A program made the position numbers and the translations under genes. Source: Heterodontus francisci (Eukaryota). Taken from it: 64,000 nucleotides of DNA. The notes beneath the pieces are model-generated. The model did not search any database and was not told where the DNA came from. It saw only the letters and a list, made by a program, of their open reading frames with translations. This document shows positions 42,480 to 53,595 of the stretch, one piece after another. The stretch's first letter is position 1. Every line of letters begins with the position of its first letter. Location of the stretch: positions 9,198,152-9,262,151 of the forward strand of contig NC_090417.1 of assembly GCF_036365525.1 (NCBI RefSeq), given 5' to 3'.

Positions 42480-45400
42480 AGGTGATTGGTTTGGGGAAAA
42501 AGCTACCTGTTTGGTGAGTATCTGGTAAGTGATGAAAGTCCATTCTAATCCGCACGTTTAAAATAGTAAAGGAACTAGTGGTAAGTTTAACAAAATATAT
42601 GAAAAAAAAGAAAATAAAAAAAATGAATAAAATCATTAAGTAGTTAATTAAAAGACATTAAGGATGGCAGGACAGGTGATGTGTCACAGCTGCAGCATTT
42701 GGGATCTCCTGGATGCCAGTGTGATCCAGGGCAAACATGTCTGCAGTAAGTGTTTGCGGCTTGAAGAGCTTCGGCTCGGAGTCATTGAACTGGAGTCCGA
42801 GCTGCAGACACTGCGACACATCAGGAAGGGGGAAAGTTACCTGGACATTTTGTACCAGGAGGCAGTCACACCCCTTAGGATAGGGTCTTCTGATTTGGTC
42901 AGTGGTCAGGGACAGGAGAGTTTGGCTGCAGCTGAGGCAGGTAAGGGGACCCAGGGGGCAGAAGTGTAGGAGCATCAGCCTTTGCGATTGTCCAGCAGGT
43001 TTGAGGTTCTTTGAGCTTGTTTGGATGAGAGTGGGGGCTGCAGTGTGGATGAGCAACCTGACCATGGAACCATGGTACAGGAAGCCATTCAAGTGGAGGG
43101 AGAAAAAAGGAATGTAGTGGTAGTTGGAGACAGTATAGTTATGGGGATTGACACTGTTCTCTGCAGCAAAGAGCGAGAGTCCAGACAGCTGTGTTGGCTG
43201 CCCAGTGCCAGGGTTCAGGACATCTTCTCAGCGCTGGAGAGGAACTTACAGTGGGAGGATCCAGTTGTCGTAGTCCATATAGGTACCAATGACATAGGCA
43301 GGATAAGGAAAGAGGTTCTGCAAAGTCAGTATGAGGAACTAGGCACCAAATTAAGAAGCAGAATCTCAAAGGTAATAATCTCCGGATTATTACCTGAGCC
43401 ACGTGCAAATTGGCATAGGGCAAATAAGATTAGAGAAGTTAATGTGTGGCTCAAAGACTGGTGTGGTAGAAGTGGGTTCCGGTTCGTGGGACACCGGCAC
43501 CAGTACTGGGGAAAATGGTGGCTGTACAATTGGTACTGAACTGTGCTGAGGCCGGTGTTCTAGCGAGCTGCATAACTAAAGAAGTGGAGAGGGTTTTAAA
43601 CTGAGTAGTTGGGGCAAGGGATCAAATTTAGGAAGACATGGTAAATCAAGGAGTAGAGACAAGGCAAGAGAGAAGAAAGGTATTAATGTGGGAAATGATA
43701 AACCAGACTGTGACAGGAAGGGACAGAGTGTACAAATCTAAGAGTAAATCAACAGATAAGGCGAGAGATTACAAAAATAATAAAAGGACAAAACTAAAGG
43801 CTCTGTATCTGAATGCACGTCGCATTCAAACAAAACAGATGAACTGAAAGCACAAATAGAAATAAATAAGTATGATCTGATAGCCATTTCAGAGACATGG
43901 CTGCAGGACGACATAGATTGGGACCTGAATATTGAAGGGTACGTGGCATTTAGGAAGGACAGGAAGCTAGGAAAAGGTAGCTCTGTTAATTAATTATGGT
44001 ATGAACGCAATAGAGAGGGATGACCTAAGTTCAGGAGACCAGGATGTATTAGCAGTTTGGGTAGAGATGAGAAATCATAAAGGCAAGCAGTCACTTGTGG
44101 AAGTGCTGTACAGGCCACCTAACATTATACCCCGTCCCACAGTGTGGTTAAAGGAAGAAATAATGGCAGCTTGTCAGAAAGGTACAGCAATAATTATGGC
44201 AGATTTTAACCTTTTAGACTGGAAAAATCAGTTGGGCAGAGGTAGCCTAGATGAGGAGTACATAGAATGTTTTCGGGATAATTACTCAGAACAATATGTT
44301 CTGGAGTCAACCAGCGAGCAGGCGATACTAGACCTGGTATTGTGCAACGAGATAGGATTAATTAATGACCTCATAGTTAAGGTGTCCCTAGATAGCAGCC
44401 ATCATAATATGATTGAATTTTACATTCAGTTTGAAGGAGAGAAGAGTGGGTCCAAGACTAGTATTTTAAACTTAAATAAGGGCAATTACGAGGGCATGAA
44501 AGCAGAGCTAACTGAAGTGAACTGGCAAATCAGGTTAAGGGATAGGTCAATAGAGATGCAGTAACAGACATTTAAGGGGATATTTCAGAAAATACAGAAT
44601 AGATACATTTCAACGAGAAAGAAAAATTCCAAGGGTGGGACCCGCCATCCGTGGTTAACTAAAACAGTTAAAGACAATATGAAACCTCAAGAAAAAGCCT
44701 ATAATTGCACAAAGATGGAAGGCAGGTCAGAAGATTGGACAGAATATAAAAAACAGCAAAGAATGACTAAAAGATTGATAAGGAAGGTAAAATTTAAGAA
44801 CGAGAGAAAGCTGGCTGGAAATATTAAGAGATAGCAAGAGTTTCTATAGATATTTAAAAAAGAAAAGAGTAGACAAAGTGAGCAGTTCCTATAGAAAGTG
44901 AGTCTGGGAAATTAATCGTGGATAATAAGGAGATGGGTGATAAATTGAACAGATATTTTGCATCAATCTTCACAATTGAGGATACAAGTAACATCCCAGT
45001 ATTAGCTATAAGTCAGGAAATGGAAGGGAGGGGGGAGGAATTCAAGAAAATCACAACCACCGGGGAAGTGGTACAGAAAAAATTTTTTGCAGCTACGGGC
45101 TGACAACGAAGGCCTGCTACCTGACGGGACCAGACGACGTGTCTGGTTCGGATCGGGCCGCTCTTCTGGGTCCGGGTCGGACACGCACAGCAAGGTAAGT
45201 GTTAAAAGTTTAAAAACTTATCTGAGTTGCAAGTCCGGGACGTCAAGCAGGGAAACTGAGTCTGCACACTGAGCGTCTCTATGACGTCATCACGTTCATG
45301 CTGCAGCTTCTGGCAGATTGGGAGTCGGAAGGTAAGTAAAGGGAAATTGTGGTGGTCGGGTCGGGCTCGGGGGGGAAAATGGAGGGACTCGGGCTGGGTC

Positions 45401-46975
45401 GGGCTCGGGTCCAATGTGGTTCTGTCAGGTTCGGGTCGGGTTTTGTTTTGTGACTTGAGCAGGCCTTGAGCTGACAAGTCCCTGGGTCCCGATGGACTTC
45501 ATCCCAGGATGTTAAAAGAAGTGGCTACTGAGATAGTTCATGAGTTAGTTTTAATTTTCCAAAATTCCCTAGATTCGGGGAATGTTCCGTTAGATTGGAA
45601 AATAGCAAATGTAACTCCTTTATTCAAAAAGGGAGGGAGAAAGAAAGCAGCAAACTGCAGGCCAGTTAGCTTAATCCGTCTTCGGGAAAATGTTCGAAGC
45701 TACTATTGAAGACGGTATCGCAAGGCATTTAGAAAAATTCAAGGTAATCAGGCAGAGTCAACATAGTTTTGTGAAAGGGAAATCATGTTTAACCAATTTA
45801 TTGGAGTTCTTTGAGGGAGTTAGGCTTTTGATAAGGTGCCACATCAAAGATTATTGCAGAAAATAAAAGCTTTTTGTGTAGGGGCTAACATATTGGCATG
45901 GACAGAAGATTGGCTAGCTAACAGGAAACAGAGAGGCATAAATGGGTCATTTTCTGATTGGCAAGATGTAACGAGTGGTGTGCCACAGGGATCTGTGCTG
46001 GGGCCTCAACATTTTTTTATATAAATGACTTAGATGAAGGGACTGAAAGTATGGTTGCTAAATTTGCTGATGACACAAAGATAGGTCGGAAAGTAACTTG
46101 TGAAGAGGACATAAGGGGGCTACAAAGGGATACAGATAGGTTAAGAGAGTGAGCAAAGACCTGGCAAATGGAGAAAATGTGGGAAAGTGTGAAATTTTCT
46201 ACTTTGGCAGGAAGAATGAAAAAGCATATTATCTAATTAGTGAGAGATTGCAGAGCTCTAAGATGCAGAGGGATCTGGTTGTCCTAGTGCATGAATTGCA
46301 AAAGGTTAGTGTGCAGATACAGTACGTAATTAGGAAAGCTAATGGAATGTTATTGTTTATCACAAGTGGAATTGAATACAAAAGTAGGGAGGTTACGCTT
46401 CAGCTATACAGGGCATTGGTGAGACCACAAATGGGTGTACAGTACTAGTCTCCTTATTTAAGGAAGGATGTAAATACATTGGAGGCAGTACAGAGAAGGT
46501 GTACCAGACTAATACTTGGAATGGGCGGGCTGTCTTACAAGGAAAGATTGCACAGGCTAGGCTTGTATCCGCTGGAATTTAGAAGAGGAAGAGGCGACTT
46601 GATTGAAACATATAAGATCCTGAGGGGTCTTGACAGGGTGGACGTGGAAAGGATGTTTCCCCTTGTGGGAGAATCTAGAACTAGAGGTCACTGTTTTAAA
46701 AATAAGGGGTCGCCCATTTAAGACAGAGATGAGGAGAAATTTTTTCTCTGAGGGTTGTGAGTCTTTGGAATTCTCTTCCTCAAAAGGCGATGGAAGCAGA
46801 ATCTCTGAATATTTTTAAGGTAGAGGTAGATAGATTCTTGATAAGCAAGGGGGTGGAAGGTTATCCAGGGTAGGTGGAAATGTGGAGTAATCAGTTCAGC
46901 CATGAACTTATTGAATGGCGGAGCTGGCTCGAAGGGCCGAGTGGCCGACCCCTACTCCTAATCCATACGTTCATA
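42480..46975 (+). mobile_element. Near full-length degenerate CR1 LINE in the putative ITPRIP intron 1
   Basis: ORF1 CHSCSIW...CSKC + zipper, esterase GDSIV...HIGTND, endonuclease [10 protein letters not shown] motifs and 3' end; interrupted by a MITE. Confidence 0.9.
45107..45469. mobile_element. Non-autonomous hAT-type DNA transposon (363 bp) inserted in CR1
   Basis: Perfect 8-bp TSD GCTGACAA (45099-45106 and 45470-45477), TIR core aaggcctgct/agcaggcctt, subterminal TCGGG repeats; removing it restores the CR1 DKSxGPDG coding sequence. Confidence 0.8.
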
Positions 46976-47286
46976 TGAAGGACCTGTCTTACAAATTTGA
47001 TTGTATATTTTGACAAGTCACCAAGAAAACAGATGAGGGAAACCTGGTAGATATTGTCTACCTAGACTTCCAAAAACCATTTGATGTACAAGAAGATTCT
47101 TAAAAGAAAAAAGCCTTGGGTATTAGGGTCAGTCTGCTGCACTGGATTGAGAGCTGGCTGAAAGCCCCAAGCAAGAAACCAGTTGTAGATGAATTGCTAT
47201 CTGCTTGGAGTCTGGTCTCCAGTGTTGTCCTAAAGGGATTGTGTTAGGACTGCTTTTGTTTACTGTCGTTAATGATTCACCCTTCA

Positions 47287-47629
47287 GGGGCGGCACAATG
47301 GCGCAGTGGTTAGCACCGCAGCCTCACAGCTCCAGGGACCCGGGTTCGATTCTGGGTACTGCCTGTGCGGAGTTTGCAAGTTCACCCTGTGTCTGCGTGG
47401 GTTTCCTCCGGGTGCTCCGGTTTCCTCCCACATGCCAAAGACTTGCAGGGTGATAGGTTAATTGGCCATTATAAATTGCCCCTAGTATAGGTAGGTGGTA
47501 GGAAAATATGTGGGGATGTGGTAGGAATATGGGATTAGTGTAGGATTAGTATAAATGGGTGGTTGATGGTCGGCACAGACTCGGTGGGCCGAAGGGGCCT
47601 GTTTCAGTGCTGTATCTCTAAACTAAACT
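47287..47629 (+). mobile_element. HE1-like V-SINE
   Basis: tRNA head, V-domain, CR1-type tail. Confidence 0.9.
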
Positions 47630-47759
47630 GAAGCTGATGGAGGAGGAGAACGATCTGGCTGTCCTAGTGCATAGATCTCCAAAGGTTCACGACCAACACC
47701 GTGAAGGGATAGCTGGAGCGAATAGAGTGCTAGGATATATTTATATAGGACATTTGTCT

Positions 47760-48470
47760 GTTCTATAGCGCAGAGGGTGGCCATTTGTGCAGCTCTTTGA
47801 TACTTCTCATGTAAATGTTTCCCCTTCAAGTATTTATCTCTTTTCAATATTACTATTGAATCTGCTTTCATGATCCTTTCAGGCAGTGCACTCCAGATCA
47901 CATCAACTCAGTTTTTTTTTAATAGTTTCCTCATGTTGCCTCTGGTTCATCTACCAATCACCTTAACTCTGTGTCAGCTGGTTACTGACTCTTCTGCCCC
48001 TGGAAACAGTTATTTACTCTCTGAAAACTTTTCATGATTTTGAACACCTTTATCAAATTACTTCTTCACCTCTGCTCTAAGGAGAACAATCTCGACTTCT
48101 CCAGTCTCTCCAAATAACTAAAGTCTGTCATCCCTGGTATCATTCCAGTAAATCTCTTCTGCACCATCTCCAAGTCCTTGACATCCTTCCTAAAGTTTGG
48201 TGTTGAACATAATATTCCAGCTGAGCCCTAACCAGTGCTTTAATAAGTTTTAGCATAACTCCCTTGATTTTATACTTTATTCATGAGGTCAAGGATACCA
48301 CATTCTTTTTTAAGACTTTTCAACTTGTGCTGCCACCTTCAGAGATTTGTGTCCAGATACTCCTAGGTCTCACTATCCTGTATCACCTTGCAAACTGTAC
48401 CATTTAGTTCAGCTTACCTTTCCTCATTGTTATGACCAAAATGTATCACCACAATTCTATGCATTTTACT
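47760..48470 (-). mobile_element. Degenerate CR1 3' fragment
   Basis: ctctgctctaaggagaacaa...aatctcttctgcaccatctccaag...acatccttcctaaag; IWSALPERIMKADS. Confidence 0.7.
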
Positions 48471-49947
48471 GAGGTTTAAAACATGATGAAGGGATTACAT
48501 TGTATTTGTGTAGACCGCTTGTTTCAACTAATTAAGTTGGGGAGGACCAAGAATTATAATTTCAATTTATGTAAGGTAGAACTCCGTTAGATGTCAAAGC
48601 AGTTCCTTACCCAGAGAGAATTGTGATGCTTTATGTGAGAGCTGGACGTGTTTCTGACTGGGGTGGAGTTTACCTTGTACAAAATGTTGTACTGTGTAAC
48701 ATTAATCAGGATTAGAGTGGTCTCCTAGATTAGTTGTGATTACCTATTGGGAGGGAGCTGGGTGGTGTGGGGTAAGAATGGAGGGAGGAGTGGTGCCAGG
48801 AAGGAATTTTCCAGATTTTCCCCCCCCAACTTTTCCCAAGACTTTACATGACTTTTAGTTGAGACTGTATATTGTGACGAGGTAGCTGGTCGGGACAGTC
48901 TGGTTGGACCAGAGGGTCTCTTCCTCTCCGTCATAGTTCATATGTCTGTTGCCTGACTGGAAATCCGGCTCTTTCCCTCCCCACCACCCCCTTCCTCCCC
49001 CTCTCCACTGCAACCTTTCTTGTTTATTTAATTTATCATTATCCTGTCAGGTCTCTTTCATTTCCTCTCGTTTCTAGATATCCTGCCTTATATTATCGTG
49101 CTTCTCCCCATATTGTGATGGTTTTTTGATCAAGACTCATGTAGTGTTTCAACCAGAACTCATTCCTTCCCAAGAATTCAGAATTGTGGAGCTCCTTCCC
49201 ACCCACAGTGTTTCCTTCCTCATGTGAACTGCAGGCCTTGGAAGTCCAAGCTTGGCAATACCTAATCACAACTCATCATCTTTCTACTTTTTACAATCTT
49301 GGTACCCTGCATTTCAGTTAGATTCCTTAATAAATTTAAAAACCTGCAGTCCAGCACACAACTAGCTTAGATATCTTACAATATGAACCAAACCTGCAAC
49401 CAAATTGTTCCAGATTTAGTGTGATACACTCATTGTACAAATTGGATTCTGAATCATCTTGTTTCCTTGAAGACAGAGTATTTCACACTGGGTGTTGTGG
49501 TATATTTTATGCTTTTATAGTCCCTGTCATTTTAGGGCTGATTTTCCTACGTTTGCCATTCCAGTGCAGATCAAGAAATTGGGTGCACCAGCTATGATTT
49601 TTCCAGCCAAATATTTTTTACGGATGGCAGCGCGCCCACTAGTTCTGACAAAGTATGGCTCGTGGGTGAGGCTCAAAACTGGTAGTGCAAACTCTGAAAA
49701 ATGATGCCGTCAATGCGCAGCATTCATTAATTGCCTCCCACTTATCAACTCCGATGAGACTGCTTGAGGCAATTATAGGACAGGAAAGGAAGCTGTATAT
49801 ATTACAAAAACAGTGAAGGAGGATGAATTATTGAGAGACTTGCAAGGTCTCTCAGCAGGGGCTCAGCCTCTGGTAGATGTACTAATGCAGTTCCCACTGT
49901 GAATTACACATCTTCTGAACATCTGTTTTCTGCTTATCGTTTATAGG

Positions 49948-51564
49948 ATGCCAGCACTATTAGGTCTTTTCAGCGTGTGCCTCCTGGTGATCACGGGGAG
50001 CCTGTACCACCCCCGCCTCTTGAGTGATGAAGTTGAGAGTGAAGAGGTCCAGTCAAGGATGAAGGAGCAGGAGGACAAGTATAAGCTGGAGATGGAGCGG
50101 CTCCAGAAAGAAGTGGATGAGAAGAGTAATCATGAGCATGAAATGAAGGTCAATACATTTGTAAAAGCAGAAAACCCAACACAGATGGATTGGAACACCT
50201 GGAATATTCTCCTGATGGTCACAATTCTATTCTTGGAACTGTGGAGACAGGATACATGGCCACATATACCACAGGACTATAACAGTGAGGAAGAAGAGGA
50301 AGGAGAGAAGGAAAATGAATTTCCTCAAAGACTTTACAGCAACATTTTGAATATTCCTGACAAATGTGTGCTGGATCAGTTTTATAACAAGTGTATTCAG
50401 AACGTGAGCCAAGAGCCAATGCAGACGTGTGAATTTGTAGAAAGCTTTGTGGACAACCTCTTGGAAGCCTGCAGGAATATTTGCCAGTGGGATTCTGAGC
50501 TGATTCTTGAAGACTGTGTCGGCATTGGTAGTCAGTTTGAGAAATGGGGCTGTAAAACACCCTCAGTATATGATATTTTAGTTCCGATTTTAATTCAGGA
50601 TGGATATTGCTTTAAACCAGAGATCTGTTGCTGTGACCTCCCACCTGATAAGCAAAGTTACGGCCGGATTGTTATGGTCACACCAGGCAGTGCTGACTTG
50701 GGCTGCCTCTGTAAAAATACTGAACTTGAAGGAGATGTTCTTTGTCTTATTCATAGTAAAAGGTTTGAAGCTGATGTTCGTGCCAATTGCCTGGCTTCCA
50801 TCGTATGTTCTGAGTGGTATTTGGACTACAAGAAAGTACTGAAATGGTTCAGGGTTGCACTAGCAAAATCCTGGAACAAAGTTTGTCATAAGTATGATTT
50901 TGAACTTTCCTTCCACAATATTACTGGTTGCTGTGGTTTAAAAGTCCAGTATCAGTCAGGACGAAACATCCACATTAAAGCCTTCCCTGCTGTAAGGCTG
51001 AAGGATTCAGATGTCTATCTCGTATCCAGCTTTCCTGATTACACCAAGAATACAGTGCTGTCCACTACCTACTGGCACATATCCTGTGCTGTCTGTGAGT
51101 ATAGATTTCTGAAAATCATGGCGAAAAGCGTTCCCAAAGACAGCTGTCACCTTAAGTGCCTTCAAATATTGATCTTTCTAACTGAAAAGCTGCGCAGCTC
51201 TCCAGACCAACGGAACATTCTTGGGTCCTACTTTTTTAAGACTGTCCTTATGCATCTGTTGTTAAGTCAGCCATATTCAAACTGGCACGAGTGTCACCTG
51301 GAACATAGGCTCAGAGACATTTTGAAGTATCTTGGAAAATGCTTGGATGAGAAACGCCTCCACCGATTTATGATTGGAAATCAGACTTTTCCTAAGCAAA
51401 TTGGAATTCCGGAAATGCTTCTGTATGCCGAGCCTATAAACCTCTTCCGGTCCTTTGTAATACAGCGTGACTCTTACAGTCAGGCACTTATTGAATATCA
51501 GAAAATATTAAGGGACATGGGTCCGTTAATGATGGAATGCATTAAAGATAATACAGTCAGCTGA
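49948..51564 (+). CDS. ITPRIP: Inositol 1,4,5-trisphosphate receptor-interacting protein (DANGER; MAB21/cGAS-like family), 538 aa, single coding exon
   Basis: N-terminal hydrophobic segment (GLFSVCLLVIT..HP), coiled coil, TM segment ending LELWRQD, EFVESFVDNLLEA, CLC...DVLCLIH, HKYDFEL, CHLKCLQI, SYFFKTVLMHLLL, LHRFMIGN, AEPINLFRSFV, all colinear with human ITPRIP as I recall it. Acceptor ttatag at 49941-49946 lies 1 nt before the ATG. Confidence 0.93.
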   Translation: MPALLGLFSVCLLVITGSLYHPRLLSDEVESEEVQSRMKEQEDKYKLEMERLQKEVDEKSNHEHEMKVNTFVKAENPTQMDWNTWNILLMVTILFLELWRQDTWPHIPQDYNSEEEEEGEKENEFPQRLYSNILNIPDKCVLDQFYNKCIQNVSQEPMQTCEFVESFVDNLLEACRNICQWDSELILEDCVGIGSQFEKWGCKTPSVYDILVPILIQDGYCFKPEICCCDLPPDKQSYGRIVMVTPGSADLGCLCKNTELEGDVLCLIHSKRFEADVRANCLASIVCSEWYLDYKKVLKWFRVALAKSWNKVCHKYDFELSFHNITGCCGLKVQYQSGRNIHIKAFPAVRLKDSDVYLVSSFPDYTKNTVLSTTYWHISCAVCEYRFLKIMAKSVPKDSCHLKCLQILIFLTEKLRSSPDQRNILGSYFFKTVLMHLLLSQPYSNWHECHLEHRLRDILKYLGKCLDEKRLHRFMIGNQTFPKQIGIPEMLLYAEPINLFRSFVIQRDSYSQALIEYQKILRDMGPLMMECIKDNTVS

Positions 51565-53155
51565 CTGAAAACAGAGCCTTTGCTCCTAGGTTCGGAGCAG
51601 AATTATTTAACAGAAATGTAATATTTACAGTCCCACTAAGTAAATTCTAATAGATGTGTTATTTACATCCCACTCATTTCTCCTCTTTAATACATGGACA
51701 GATATTTCTGATGCCATTTTTATTGTCTCACATTTTCCCAGGATAACATGGACATTTCCTTCTTGGTGGCAGATGCATCAAGACTCTCCACTTTCACCTC
51801 CTGCCCTCACAATGCATTCACGACACGTATTTGGACATCTTGAAGTTACAAAGATGTTGAAAGTAACTGTCCTCTGAGAATTCCATAATTTCTCAGATGT
51901 CTGCTTGTGAGTTCAAACCATGATGGAGGACACATGAGCTTGACATCATCATGCCAAATGGGTTGAGCAGGCAGGCAACAGCTGAGTCATTTCCTAAAGG
52001 ATTTGCAACGGGGTAAATTAAGTGATGAGTCAGTCCCATTGAGTTTTGTTGCAGTGCTTGGTGCGAGGGTAGATACTGCCAAAATTTAGACTAAACGAAC
52101 AGCAGAGTAAGACTCATCACTGAGCAAAAGTAACAGTTCAGATTTCTAACTCAACACCATGTAGAAATACTGATGCAGTGATAAAGAATTCATCAGAATA
52201 TTACTCGACAAAAAAAGGCTGATCCTCAGACGACTGGATCAAATCCCTAATTCGGTGCTGGGTTATCATCATAATCCTAAATCCAATTCATGAAATGTGA
52301 AACATCACTGCCAAGATTTGAACCAGAAATTAATCTTAAGACATCATCATAGGGAATGTTGCTGCTGATAATTGCAGAGCTTGACAGTAGTTTTTTCCCA
52401 CTGGATTTCCACATGTCTGCACCCTGCTGCTGTTTTTTTTTGTTCACGGGGTTTAGGGTGCATTCTCTAAGAAAAGTGACATTTATTCAAGACCATCATG
52501 AGGATTTTAAAATATGGTCTTCAATCAGATGTTTCTCCTTCCTTTTAAATCAAGCTTGAAGTTTCACTGTGTGCCCTCTGAGATGGTGATGAGCTGAGGT
52601 CTTGGAGTTGCACTGCGACTCCTTAATTGTAAGAATGGAAATGGACTACCTTAAACTTAAAGCCAAGTCCATCCAGGGGTTGAACCCTTCTCCATATTTG
52701 GGCAGGCTTCTCTCAACCCCGCGTATTCCTGGACAAAGTGTAAAAAGTTTGTAATTTTAACTGGTGATCTCTCTCACAACCGGCCTGTTGCCACCTTTCT
52801 TTTCCCCATTTTGTTTATATAATTAGTCAGTGCTTCTTCGGAACTTGCTTTGTTATAACAATGACCTATTTCTTGTTTTCTCACTGGGATGAATTTTCAT
52901 TTAAAAGCACTCTGCTACTCAAACTCAACTTTCAAAAAGTGTGACAACTGTGAAATTCTTAACCTTTTCCAATCCTTTTACTATTTAGCACATTTTAAAA
53001 TAATTCATGATCATCTTTGCTACTCTTTTCAATTTGATGATTTGTACTAGAGGCCTTGGGCATTCATCCATGGTCACTTTTTAAAAAGTGCAGCCTTCCA
53101 CCGTAATGTACAATAGGGTGATATCTATTCGACAGTACACCCTTGTTTTACAATG

Positions 53156-53161
53156 AATAAA
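53156..53161 (+). terminator. Candidate ITPRIP polyadenylation signal AATAAA
   Basis: First canonical AATAAA I found after the ITPRIP stop (~1.6 kb). Confidence 0.4.
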
Positions 53162-53300
53162 TAATATTTTCAAACAGAGTTCACTAACTCAGTCCAATAA
53201 GCACATGGTTTGGAATGCATCACTTCCCACAATGTCCACAGTACAGAACTAGTGGACAGGAGCAATGCATTTTGGGGCAATGATGTGTACTTCAGATAGC

Positions 53301-53595
53301 TATACAGGTAAAAATTGGAAAATATAGCTCTGATATGTGAGCTTTGGCAGGGACACAGTTGAACAAATGGCCTCCTCTGCTGAAACTAGTCCTCCTTTGC
53401 TCCAAAGGGAACTCGGCACCCTTTAAGGAGACCTCTCTGCAGTTATGGTTGGCATATGGAAAGTGTGCATTTAATTGTATTTGATATGACATAATATATA
53501 GAATCATACAGGTTTCAGCAGAGCAGGCCACTTGTTCCACTGTGTCCCTGCCAAAGCTAGCATAACAGAGACATTTTCCAATTTTTACCTGTATA
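53301..53595. repeat. Long imperfect inverted repeat (arms 53301-53386 and 53512-53595)
   Basis: Perfect complementary blocks of 23 nt (TATACAGGTAAAAATTGGAAAAT) and 20 nt (AGCTTTGGCAGGGACACAGT); spacer ~125 nt. Confidence 0.85.
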
